Source: Chrysomallon squamiferum | Lineage: Eukaryota > Animalia > Mollusca | Direction of reading: 5' to 3' | Length of the DNA: 64,000 bases | Assembly: GCA_012295275.1 (NCBI GenBank) | Contig: CM022677.1 | Span: 1,984,001 to 2,048,000, forward strand | Shown here: positions 26,995 to 39,549 of the stretch, one piece after another | Position numbering within the stretch: position 1 is the stretch's first letter | Layout of the letters: the number at the start of each line of letters is the position of its first letter | Program-made: the position numbers and the translations under genes | Notes under the pieces: generated by a model | The model's database searches: none | Told to the model about the DNA's origin: nothing | What the model saw: the letters and a program-made list of their open reading frames with translations, nothing else

Positions 26995-29900
26995 GTAATA
27001 TTATTATTATTATTATTATTATTATTAAATTAACATTAGCATAATCACCACCATTATTATCATAATAATTTCTGTTACTATGTTTTCTTAGATGCTCATT
27101 ACTAAGAACTGACAGGTAATAATATGAAAAGATAGTTCACCTTCTGTGTATCTCCTTGACATCTGCAGCAATCTGGTGGATTACACATTATATATTTATT
27201 TAATAATTTTCCAAATGATGCAGTTGTTGCATAACCCTGTAGGAAAGAAATAAAATAAAACAAAACATGAATTTACATTCCTTTATAAAATGATGTGATC
27301 AACCAAGATTTTAAAATATAATTTTAATTTAGTTACTGATGTTGATTTATATATGTGTATATATATATATATATTTGTCTTCCTGTTTTACTAATTTCCT
27401 ATAGTTGGCATGTACATTTCATATTTAAAATGATTTTACACAGATAAAAGCTGAAGATAACCTTTACATATTAAAAAAGATGCTTGTTGGGGTTTTTTAA
27501 ACATTTTCTCTATTAACTGTTAAATTAATCATCATGATATAATCATAAAACATCTTATTGTTGATAAAAAAAACAGGAGAGTGAAAATAAATAAATATGT
27601 AATGTGTATTGCTAGTTAATATTCTCAGTAATACCAACGTGTGAAGTCAACACAGAAAGTGAAGGTGTGTTTGTTATATATCTAAAAAGTTAACAAATGT
27701 TCTGAATGCTCACAATGATTTAGTTTTAAATATCTAAGAACAATTTGATATAAAAAGAAATACATCATCAACAGTTAAAAAGAAAAGATTTAAGGAAAAA
27801 AGAACAAAAGAAACATTTATCTAATTATCAGCTACAGTTTGTTACACAAATGAAACTTAAGTCTAAAAACAGGTGTTTATCCATCCAAGAAACAAAAACA
27901 ATACTTTTTCTCCTGTATCATTACATCCATACAAAACGTAATTAAAACTTTACTTACCTTTTCACCATTTTCTGCAGTTTCAGCAGGCTTATTGTCATTT
28001 GTTCTGAAAGACAAATAACAAATCTAATAAGTTAGCAGGTAATTTTAAATTACTAAGAATTACTAAGAAATGTATTTAAAATAATTTTAAAAGTAATAAT
28101 TAAAAAAAAAAATCATTAACACAAACTGAAGTGTGTCAAAAATGCATAAATTGATGCTGTTTTCAATAAACAATTTCTCCCTAGCTAGCATTACAAAAAA
28201 TATGTGTCTATAGGTGTGTGTATATAAAAACAAAGCAAAAAACATTACTGTAATTGGATGTTTAAATACAACATATTTTTTGATGGTTTAAAATAAATAA
28301 TAATTGGGATACAAAATTATGGCTATATATGTATTATAATCTATGTATTAGAAATAGAGAAATGAAATTCAATTTAACAAAAAAGGTTGATACAATTGTA
28401 TGTAATACATTTGTTTTTGGTCCAATGAGTGGAAATAAAAACATTTTTTAGTCCTTTTTCCTAAAAGCTCATAGAAATGACAATGTTTCCCATCAATGCA
28501 ATAACTATCACAGCAGCAATGGAACTAACCTTAAACCTGTAGAGTCACAAAGATCAACATTAAAATACTACAGAAAGTTTCTACACCAATAACAAAATGT
28601 GTTACTGTAGAAAACAGAAAACATATATGCTTGAAGTTTAACTTCATTATCTAGCTAAAACCTTAACTAAGACAAATAAATGTAAGTGAATGTTATATGT
28701 GTTACAGAACAGCAAAACATTTCACTTGCAGTTTTGGCTTCCATACTGCCAGAAGACCCTGTGTGAGTTATTGTACTTGATGTCTGTACAGGATGTACAG
28801 CCTGCTCTAAAATATTTGCCCCATCTGACCACTGCAAATTATGGACAATTTATGGAGTTCACCGACAGTTTTCCTACAGCAATTTGGTCACAAGAAGGGA
28901 AGGAACTCTGCCTGTTACACTACTGTGGTACAATGAAATACAAATTCACTATCTAAATTTTATCATTTTAGTTCAAGCAGCTGCACATCACCATGACAAA
29001 AACAACAAACAATTTGCAATGAAATGTTCCGGCTAAAAATGACAACATCAATCACTGATCAGTCTGTTTCAAGGGAGAGAACTTACTGCCTTGTAAGCAG
29101 GGAGTGCTTATTGTTTGAAAGCGAGCATGTGTGTGTGTTTTTATTTTATTTTGGCACTGATTTTGGCTCACACTTACCCCACTAGATCAGGAATATCTGA
29201 AAATATAATCATCACAGAACAAATTTTCAAACTATGAATGAAAGCGCAATGGTGGTAGTTTCTAAAAAGTATACTCTGGAAAGAGAAAAAAAAAATCTAG
29301 TGACCCCTTAAGACCTTTATAAATTATTTTTAAATCCAATCCATTAAGTCATTTTAAATATGGTTTACTTATCTGACATCATTATAAAACTATTTCATAA
29401 ATAATTAATTTAATTAAAATGAACATTATATAATTTAGATTAATGCTACTCCTGGAATAACCATTAAATAATTATAGAAACACTATTAAGACCTATAAAG
29501 TTGTTGTTTATATTTTAAAATGAAGACAAACATTAAAGAAAGAAAGAAAAAAGAGACAAGAAAAGTATTTTTTGCATATTTGAAGTCATGTTAAAAAAGT
29601 GTAATATTGTATGACAAAAGCTTCTTAACTTAATTTTTTAATTTCTATTTTACATTATAAACTTTTCAGACAATATAAACTTTCACAACTGTTTACGAAA
29701 ATTGTGAAAAATCTTTATTAACTGGAAATTTATCTAATTCCCAAAACTGGCATTATATAGTGGTAAATAAATCAGGAAATAAAAATAAAAATTAGCAAAA
29801 CAATAATAGAGATAAAATAATAATAATAATAATAATAAAAAAAAAGAAAAGAAAGAGAGAAAAAGTAACAGAAAAAAAAAAAAAGCAAGTAAGAAATAGA

Positions 29901-32900
29901 AAGAACACTTAGCTACCTTGTTAAAGTATTTGACTTTGTGATGTTTATTATGTGTGAAAAATGCTGCTATTGTCACCTTGACCATCACAGTGACCAGTGT
30001 CCTCCTTGATCAACGTTGATAATTTTATTGATTCTGTGAAAATGATTTTTATGTTATTTGAGAGTGTGCCTAGAAAAATAAATTACTTAGGAAAACAAAA
30101 AAAAAACACCAATAAAATTCCATTTTAATTAACACACTGTACTGCTTTGCATTTTAAACTAAACCTTAAAAATAAAGACTGAAAGTCTTACCTGCTGTCT
30201 TACTCTGGTATTTATTATTTGCTATCACAGCTTTAAAACTGTAGCATCTTATGTCAGAAGATGAATCTGTTTCTTCTTTGTCACCACAGTTCAAGGTTAT
30301 GGTGCTGCATTTCTCATATCTTGAACAGTATTCAGTGTGTGTATTCCAGTGTGTTGAACTGCTGCAGGTAAAGGTTTGCATTATGATCCAGTCCAGACTG
30401 ACACCTCGGATGGGCAGGACAGGGTACAGTATGGCAGAAGCTTACTGACATCAGACACTGACTGATTCAAGTCAAATCAATGGTGGTTTAAGCTTTTTCA
30501 CTTTTTCTTGAACTTGGATAATTTCTATCACCTGAAATTAACATTAAAAGATTAATGTTTATTAGCCACAGGTTTCTGGTGTTAAAATATATTAACTCGA
30601 GACATTTTTCATTATGAATTTTCTTCTATTTGTCAACAAAGCTATCAATCTGTAATGGCAACAGTGAAAACAATATACTTTATGTATCTATATTATGATC
30701 ATTTACAAAGAATTCAAATTTAAAAAAAAATTTCATTAAAGTATATATATGAATGGGTTGGAATGACTTAGGAACTACTTTAAATCAAGTTTTCATCAAT
30801 ATGCTTTTATGTGACTGGAGAAATGTTAATTCATTTGATTCTGTTTTATGTTGCCTTTCACTAATTATATAACAATTTTATTTACCAACAAGAGGTGAAC
30901 TGCAGACATGTGTTGGTGTTGCCTGCACTGCAGACATGTGTTGGTGTTGCCTTTCCTTTCTGTATGAATAACATTTTAAAATATAATAAAATAAACATAT
31001 CAAATAGAAATTAATAACAAACGTGTGTTAAACAGGTAAATCAAAAATGAAACAATATAAAACACATGCTCAGAAACATTATTTATGAATATATATAAGT
31101 TCAAGTTCAAACTCATGTAAATAATGCTTTAACATAAATATAATAATTATGCCTTCTTGTAAAGTGGTAACAATCATTAAACACATATAGAAAAGTTATC
31201 TTAAAGATCTACTAACATGAATCTAATTTACTCTCAATGAAAAACAAACATTTTACACTTTTTAAAACAGTAATTTAATTAGATTATTGCATGTGTTAAG
31301 AAATTTAATTAGATTATTGAATGTGTTCAGTAATTTAATTATAAAGGTAACATTTCCAAACACTCATCTGACTGCATTTTTTAATTTCATACCTTCCTAT
31401 TAATAATAGGTACAACTAATATGAATTAATACAAACCAGAACATCAGGAGCTGTCTGACTGTTTGCTAGTCTGCTTTTAACTGACTCTGTCTCTTTAGTA
31501 ATTTTAACTTTCAATTCATCAGTTGTTAAACCAGACATAGTGTTCTAGAAAAATAGATAGGTTAGACAAATATATTCAAAACAATTTATTATTACTTTAT
31601 TATTATTATTCGTATTACTATTTAATCTATGTTTTTATATTTTCTTTTCAGCCTGAGAATAAACTATAATATTATCAGCATTTTTTTATTTTATTTTTTA
31701 TTATTAATTTGTTATTAAATATCTTTTGACACAAAAAGCTGGTTTCAGTGATAAGACTTTCAGAAAAACATCTGTGTTCTTTATGGATCATGATCAAATT
31801 TTATGTTATTACAATTTATTCTGTAGGAAATATACTGGATTTAATCTGTAAAATATGTTACAAAAATACATATACACTTGTGCATTAGTTTTGATTACTT
31901 GCTGACAGACTGAAATAAATGACTAACCAATACCTGAACCAAAAAAATATATATGAACTCTAAAGGTGTCTTACTTGTTACTGACAAGTTCATCTTTTTG
32001 CTATATCACTATATACTGTTTTCTTTAAACACAGTGTTATGTACGAAGAATCCCTTTAAAAATTACCTTACATACATTTTGATATTAAATAGAATTAATG
32101 ACAAATCTAAGAAAAAAAAATGTTTTTAATGTTGTTTTTTTAATTTTTATTCATCAGATATTGATGAACTGTCATAAAAAAGAAAATGTTTTTGTTTTGT
32201 TATCACTGAATAAAACAATGAATAGAAAGATTTTTTTTGTTTATTTTTTTACTGCTGTGATGGTTTCTTTTTATTATTATTTTGTGGAAATAATATCAAC
32301 TTTATGAAATACCTGACAAATTCTAATCATGTTTGTTTACTGTATCGAGGCAAAAATAATCAAGTTACAAATTAACATAGTAAAAAATAATCAAAGAATA
32401 AGACATGGTTTCAGTTGTACTTATTATAGTCTAAATTTTCACTTCTACAAGTTAACCAACCTGATAATCCATGCATTCTGTATCAAAATCTTGGTGGACC
32501 AATTTCCAAATGTGTTGCAAATCATACTGCCTGACTCTTTTCTCTTCTAATACATTTTCCTGCAAACAAAATTACATCTACAATACTGATCACCTCTTAC
32601 ATAATAAACTTGCAACTGGCCAATATACAATGATGTGTTTAATGAAGTCAAAGTAGCAAAAGAAAAACAAAGTCAAAATAAACCTGCCTGTAATCGTATC
32701 AACTGAAAAATATATAAATGTACGGCATTCAGCAGGTTTTCAGTTATTTAGGAATTTTTTGTTAATCTAAACTGTTTATATTATTTCTAATCAGTTTGAA
32801 ATTATGCCAGATAAATTATCAAACCAAAATTTGTGTGTTTTTATTTTTAACATATGATGGAAGAATGAATGCATCCATTAAGTTTAAGAAAAAATATTAG

Positions 32901-33375
32901 AATTGAACTAACTTCTAATTCAGAACATATTTCCTTCTCTCTCTCCAGTCTTTCTTGCAGATGGCAGATGTCACTAATTTTACCATATTTAGAAAAAGAT
33001 GAGGTTTAATAAAAACAATAACAGCATTTCTTAAACAAAATCTAAACAAATTATTTACATTCTGTTTCTAATATATATAATTCTAATGAAAAAGCTAGGA
33101 AAAGTATTTTATAAAAATATTTCTAAGGATTTGTTAGTTGAACCAAGTGTAAATACCATTAACAAAGTTAAGTAATCTAGCTTAGACACAGAACTACTTA
33201 AATAATAAAATAAAATAAAATAAAATAAAATAAAATAAATATTCACACATTGAGCGTTACAGTATTTTTCACCAAGTTCTTTACTGGCTCTGAAAAACAT
33301 AGAACAGAAAAATACTTTTTATTAATATTTCATAAAACCATACTAAACTTGTATTTATATGTGTCACTGATTATG

Positions 33376-33575
33376 NNNNNNNNNNNNNNNNNNNNNNNNN
33401 NNNNNNNNNNNNNNNNNNNNNNNNNNNNNNNNNNNNNNNNNNNNNNNNNNNNNNNNNNNNNNNNNNNNNNNNNNNNNNNNNNNNNNNNNNNNNNNNNNNN
33501 NNNNNNNNNNNNNNNNNNNNNNNNNNNNNNNNNNNNNNNNNNNNNNNNNNNNNNNNNNNNNNNNNNNNNNNNNNN
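33376..33575. other. Assembly gap (200 N)
   Basis: Run of N. The round length suggests a scaffolding placeholder. Confidence 0.99.
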
Positions 33576-33815
33576 TAAATCAGAAATTGTTGTAGACTCT
33601 TTTGTTTGTAGATTTTCTGAGTCACACAAATCTAAACACAGTGACAGACAACTTCGTACAGATGTGACATGCGGACAAATACCTGCTTTGTTATTTTTAG
33701 TGTAAAAACAACATCGTTCAAACACTGTCACTTTTAGTCATCACTGGGATCATATTTTTATTTATTTATTTATTTATTTATTTATTTGTTTATTGATTTG
33801 TTTATGTTTTTCTGA

Positions 33816-33843
33816 TGACGTCAGACAGCGGTGATGACGTCAT
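33816..33843. promoter_or_regulatory. Pair of full CRE palindromes (TGACGTCA at 33816 and 33835)
   Basis: Two perfect 8-bp CRE sites 19 bp apart in otherwise CpG-poor DNA. Confidence 0.5.
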
Positions 33844-33925
33844 AGACAGTTCCTTTGATTTGAAATTTTATAATGGACTGATTTGTGTCAAACAGATACA
33901 TCTCAAAATGTATAATGACATTCAT

Positions 33926-33973
<48 letters not shown>

Positions 33974-35411
33974 GTATATCTAATGTTTTTTGTTTGTATA
34001 TGAAACGTGATATTACTAACTATTTCTTGATTCATTTGTACTTTTTGATTTCGCTTTAAAATGTATATAAAATAAAATGTAGATAAATTATATATGTACT
34101 TACTGACTGTTGGACATGAAATACAAGAACTGTTATTTGATTTATTTATCAATTTTCTTTTATTAAAATTTATATTAAATATGTTAGTAAATTAGATTAT
34201 GTTTCGAATTTACTGTTTGTTTGTTTATGTATAAGATGTATATAAAGAAAATGCAAATAAATTTGTTTTGTATCATAAATTTTTACTTCGTTTATTTTTG
34301 TATTTAATTTCTATTTAGAATGTAAACAGAAAAATTTTATAGACTTAAAAATCAATTTTATTATTTGGTTTCTGTAATATTTTTCTTTTCTGCATACAGC
34401 GTGTAATACATAAAGTTGCTGTACTTGATTTGTGTAATCTCTCTCTCTCACTTTGTGAAATCTTAATAAACAATGATTCCATTCTTCTTGTAATCACTAT
34501 ACGCGGTATCCTCCTAACAGTGATATGGTCAGTAGTCAAACAGTTTGGAAAGCAGTCAAGCAGTAAGTAAGCTGCTCACCCTGTGTGGAGAATGATCAAC
34601 TAGTCTTGGCTGTGTCTCACTGCTAACTGTTGTAATCACAACTCCGGTGTGAAGCTGATTAAGTGTGCATCAAAACTTGACCTGTGTTGTTATACATTCT
34701 AGTCTGTGGTTATGAACTGAATGACAAATAAGCCTATGACTAATGGGAGGTAACCCTATACCACTGGTTTTCAAACTTTATGAGGAGCTCAGTATGACCT
34801 AAAACCCCCTTTAAAATGTTTGATTCCATAATATCTAGGGTTACCATATTTTCATCAACCAAATACACTACAGAAGGAATCTATATTCACTATGACGGGT
34901 CCCAAACCTATCTACGTGTTTTTATTTATTCCTCCTTCCAAGTCAAGTTGAAAAACGCTAAAACTTACCCTCGCTCAAGAACGATCTCGCGACCCCCAGA
35001 GAAGAGTCCGGCGATTCTCTCTGTCTAGCACACAAATACATTGACTCAAACTTTCTTAAACATATCAATCCGCTCAAACACACACATATCTAAATGTCTC
35101 ATAAACACAGACACACATACACATACACAAACGCACACCCACACACATACACACATATGTATCAATATATGTCTACCTAGCTGTCTCTGTATCTATGTAT
35201 GTATGTTTGTATGTGTGTGTGTGTGTGTGTATATATGTGTGTGTGTTTGTGTGTGTGTACAGAGAGAGAAAAAATAGATATAATACACACATCTAATCAC
35301 ACATAACTCTTTCTTAAGCCTACATACACACGTAGTACATACGTACATACATACAAACATACACACAAGTAAGTTGATAAACTTGTAGTTGTCAATGTTT
35401 CTAGTAGTAGC

Positions 35412-35712
35412 ACATTAACACTCAGTTCTTACATAAGAAGATGGTAGTGGAACATTAACACTCAGTTCTTACATAAGAAGATGGTAGTGGAACATTAACA
35501 CTCAGTTCTTACATAAGAAGATGGTAGTGGAACATTAACACTCAGTTCTTACATAAGAAGATGATAGTGGAACATTAACACTCAGTTCTTACATAAGAAG
35601 ATGGTAGTGGAACATTAACACTCAGTTCTTACATAAGAAGATGGTAGTGGAACATTAACACTCAGTTCTTAGTTCTTACATAACATTAACACTCAGTTCT
35701 TACATAAGAAGA
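35412..35712. repeat. 40-bp minisatellite (AACATTAACACTCAGTTCTTACATAAGAAGATGGTAGTGG), ~7 copies
   Basis: Consecutive near-identical copies. Confidence 0.95.
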
Positions 35713-35858
35713 TTGAGAAAATATAACACGTTTGTTTAAAATTACAGTCAGATTTATTTACTAATCTACAAAGTCATATACAAGTTTGTGAACCTTAAGA
35801 TCATAATGTAATGATTTTTATATAACATTGACATTTATTTTTATTATTATTACTATTA

Positions 35859-35919
<61 letters not shown>

Positions 35920-36137
35920 GTTGCTGTTCTTTTTATTCAAATGAATTTACTTTTAATCTGCTTTACAGAAATATAATGCAGTGACTGAGGATAATATGTA
36001 AGTAAACCTATCACTTTTGTTAATATATTATCAGATTTAAATTTAAATCACCTTCTTCGACAAGCGTGTTTTTTACAGAAACGCTTCTGATGAAGAAATA
36101 AATTGTAAGAAGAGGAAAGGCGGACGCATTTGCTTAA

Positions 36138-36430
36138 GTCACTGTGTACTTGTGTGTGTCACTGTGTACTTGTGTGTGTCACTGTGTACTTGGGTGTGTC
36201 ACTGTGTGTACTTGTGTGTGTTGTGTGTACTGGGGTGTGTGTGCTGTGTACTTGTGTGTGTGTCACTGTGTGTTGTGTGTGTCACTGTGTACTTGTGTGT
36301 GTGTCACTGTGTACTTTGGTGTGTGTCTGTGTGTGTGTGTGTGTGTACTTTGTGTGTTGCTGTGTATTGTGTGTGTTTTGTGTACTTTTGTGTGTTGTGT
36401 GTGTCACTGTGTACTTGTGTGTGTTGCTGT
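36138..36430. repeat. Degenerate ~20-bp TG-rich repeat (GTCACTGTGTACTTGTGTGT)
   Basis: The unit is clear at 36138-36200 and decays after that. Confidence 0.85.
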
Positions 36431-37141
36431 GTGATTTGTATGTATCAGTTTATGTTTGTGTGTCGGTGTGTGTTTTTTTGTGTCTGTGTGTCATTGTGTG
36501 CGAGCGTGTTACTGTTAAAACAAAACAAACTCGTTGCAAAATATAATTACTCGTATTTGTTTTTATTAGTTGGTTCCTTACTTATCTCCCTTTCTTAAAC
36601 TTACACCATGTTTATTCTATTCACCTTTATTTGAAATCTGTGCGAATGTCAAAGCATGAGTGGGTGTGTAACTGAGCTTATGTATGACAAACATCTGTTA
36701 GTGTGGGTGTTTATAGATATGTGTTTTTGTATATTTTTTTTGGTGTGTGTCTGTTTGTCTGTATATGTGTCTGCGTGTATATATGTGAATGTGTTGGAGT
36801 ATTTATGTGTATGAATATAAAATCTGTGGATATGTGCGTGTGTATGTACGAATATATGTGTTTGAGACAGTGTATATGTGTATATGTTTTGTATCATAGA
36901 TTTTTACTTCCTTTTTTTTTTTTATTTAATTCGTGTTTTTATGTATGTATATGTGTGAAAGATAATGTATATGTATATATAAATGAATGTATGTGTGTGA
37001 AAGATAGAATACACACGTTTATATGTAAGGATATGTGTGTGAAAGACTGTGTACAAGGTTACATGTATGTATGTGAGACATTATGGTCATGAGCTCTAAA
37101 GTGAAACAGGAGGGGTATTTGTGTGTGTGTTTGCGTGTGTC

Positions 37142-37218
<77 letters not shown>

Positions 37219-37309
37219 GAGAGAGAGAAGACGGATATAAAACATCTGTGAGTGAAAATTTGTTTCCTGGGCGCTTTTGTCCGCTTGTGTATTTATTATT
37301 ATTATTATT

Positions 37310-37350
<41 letters not shown>

Positions 37351-37484
37351 TATTATCATTTCATAAACTTTGTTGTTGTAAAAGAAAATAATGTTTTTTG
37401 GTTGTTTATTTTTTATCGGTAACAACAACAAAAAGTTCTCGAAGAACTGAGACGAAAAATGGCAAACAAAAATTTCATTTTCTG

Positions 37485-38023
37485 TGGCCATGTTCCCGCA
37501 GCCATCTTTGTGTACAACGATATCGTTAATATGTTCACAGGATGTTCGTGATCTCGAAGTGTCTTGATGAATGTTATTAACAAACAGTTGTTAACGTCGT
37601 CGTTTATTAAAAGTAAGTCGTAACCAAGCGTGATACGCACCGCGCATTCTGCGTACTACATAAAAATCACGTGCTAATTATCACTAACATCATCCGCTAA
37701 TGATTATAGTTCCTGTCTGTGACATTTTGGTGCGTGTTTTGAACCATCTTCTTGGTTTCTCAACCATGTTTAATCTGTAAGTGGCTATTATTACAGGTCG
37801 AAATTTATGAACTGATTCCGTGTTGATATCGGTAAAATTGTATAGCTGTTGACAAGAGGGTAAACTTCAAGCTCTGCACGATAGGAACATCGCGTGAGTA
37901 GTAAACAAAATAACCACACAGTGATTCTCTTTATTACGACAGACTTCAAACGACTTCGTAACGACAAGTAAACGACTTTTGTTTAACTAAGTCGTCATGT
38001 TGACATCTTCAGGAACATGGCCA
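37485..38023. mobile_element. Probable non-autonomous TIR element (MITE, PIF/Harbinger-like GGC termini), ~540 bp
   Basis: TGGCCATGTTCC (37485-37496) and its exact reverse complement GGAACATGGCCA (38012-38023), extendable with mismatches. The interior is CpG-enriched with AAGTCGT/ACGACTT subterminal repeats. No clean TSD. Confidence 0.6.
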
Positions 38024-38047
38024 TGAATTAGAATATATAACCGTATA

Positions 38048-38109
<62 letters not shown>

Positions 38110-38169
38110 ATAATAATAATAATAATAATAATAATGAAAATAATAATGAAAATAATAATAATCATATTA

Positions 38170-38200
<31 letters not shown>

Positions 38201-38294
38201 TATATGTGACTGTCCTAGGTTAAGCAATGCATGGTGGTGTCTAAAATACGAATTAAAAAAATGAAGAGGTTAAAAAATAATCCTAAATTTCACC

Positions 38295-38296
<2 letters not shown>

Positions 38297-38370
<74 letters not shown>

Positions 38371-38433
38371 AGAACATACATGTATTTGTTTTTAACGAAA
38401 AAAACAAAACTTACAATGTACAGATTATGTTCC

Positions 38434-38507
<74 letters not shown>
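38297..38507. repeat. Inverted (GA)n ... (CT)n microsatellite pair forming an imperfect palindrome
   Basis: ~70 bp (GA)n and ~70 bp (TC)n. Complementarity extends inward (AGAACAGAACATA versus TATGTTCCTGTTTCT). Confidence 0.85.
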
Positions 38508-38509
<2 letters not shown>

Positions 38510-38768
38510 ATTAAAATGAAGGAATTGTTTTCTTTTTTTTTTAAAAACCCACTAAAAGTATGAATGAAAGGATTAGTTCAGAGGATAGTATCGTAAATAT
38601 AAATTTTCCATCAGTTAATAGCAATGGAATGTATGAATGAGTTAATGAAAGGGAGATAACTCCTGTACAGCTTATTATGAAGTGCACAAGAGTTATCTGT
38701 TGTGGACTTATATATTCAATGAATTAATTTTCTATTTACAAGTGAGCTGGACTTGGTAGTCTTCACAG

Positions 38769-38865
38769 CTGGTATAATAATGACCATGTTACGTACTCTC
38801 CTGTCTGTGGGATGGTTCATATCAATGATTCTTTGCTGCTAACTGGAAAGAGTAGCCCGTGAAGC
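38769..38865 (+). mobile_element. Decayed SINE fragment resembling the Meta/MESC-type central domain of molluscan SINEs
   Basis: TCCTGTCTGTGGGATGGTTCATATCAATGATTCTTTGCTGCTAACTGGAAAGAGTAGCCC resembles, from recall only, the conserved ...CCTGTCTGTGGGATGGTGCATATAAAAGATCCCTTGCTGCT... core. Head and tail are not seen. Confidence 0.6.
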
Positions 38866-38978
38866 AAAATGTTTATATTGGTTCAAGTCAAGTTTCAGGT
38901 GAAAACAATTATTTCTTCTAATATTGTCTTTATGTGACAAAAATTCTTAAAACATTTGAGAAAAATATTGTTTCTTTG

Positions 38979-39009
<31 letters not shown>

Positions 39010-39305
39010 AAATTAAAACAACCAATTTTATAAATAAAGATAAAATGTCAGCTAAATCTAGTATTTATATAAAATCTAAGTTGACTGTGTACAAAGATAA
39101 ACTGTCCGCTAAATGTAGTATTTATGTAAAAATTAAGAAGATTGTGTACAAAGATAACACTGTGATTCTGTTAGAAATTTACTTGACATGACTTTTTCTT
39201 GGTTTGTTGAGATCTTAAAAATATATAAAACTTTGTTTTAACTGTGGTAAAATGGTTACTGAAATGAAGCGTAAGTTTGTCGGTGTTTTTGTTTTTTTGT
39301 TTGTA

Positions 39306-39385
<80 letters not shown>

Positions 39386-39506
39386 TTTTTATTTACATAT
39401 AATTATAATGACGGATATTAAACAAACGTTGCTAACACCCTAATTTTATTTATTGATGTATTATTATTATTGTTCTTTTCTTCTTTCTTCTTCTTCTTCT
39501 TCTTCT

Positions 39507-39549
<43 letters not shown>

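Larger units (their letters stand above)
15051..33289 (-). pseudogene. Multi-exon gene of unknown product (coiled-coil N-part, low-complexity S/T/K/E-rich middle) with several frameshifts and stops
   Basis: AG...GT-bounded segments on the minus strand at about 33247-33289, 32913-~32975, 32461-32559 (ENVLEEKRVRQYDLQHIWKLVHQDFDTECMDYQ), 31437-31544, 30886-30959, 30192-30531, 29917-30033, 27958-28003, 27141-27236 (GYATTASFGKLLNKYIMCNPPDCCRCQGDTQK), 25501-25594, 25323-25413, 24495-24662, 23270-24115, 16949-17016, 16704-16748, 15940-16347 and 15051-15159. Several are fully open and phase-compatible; others contain stops. No family recognised. Confidence 0.6.

Noticed and set aside
33250-33731. ORFs spanning the N run
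   Set aside because: Artefacts of translating the assembly gap.
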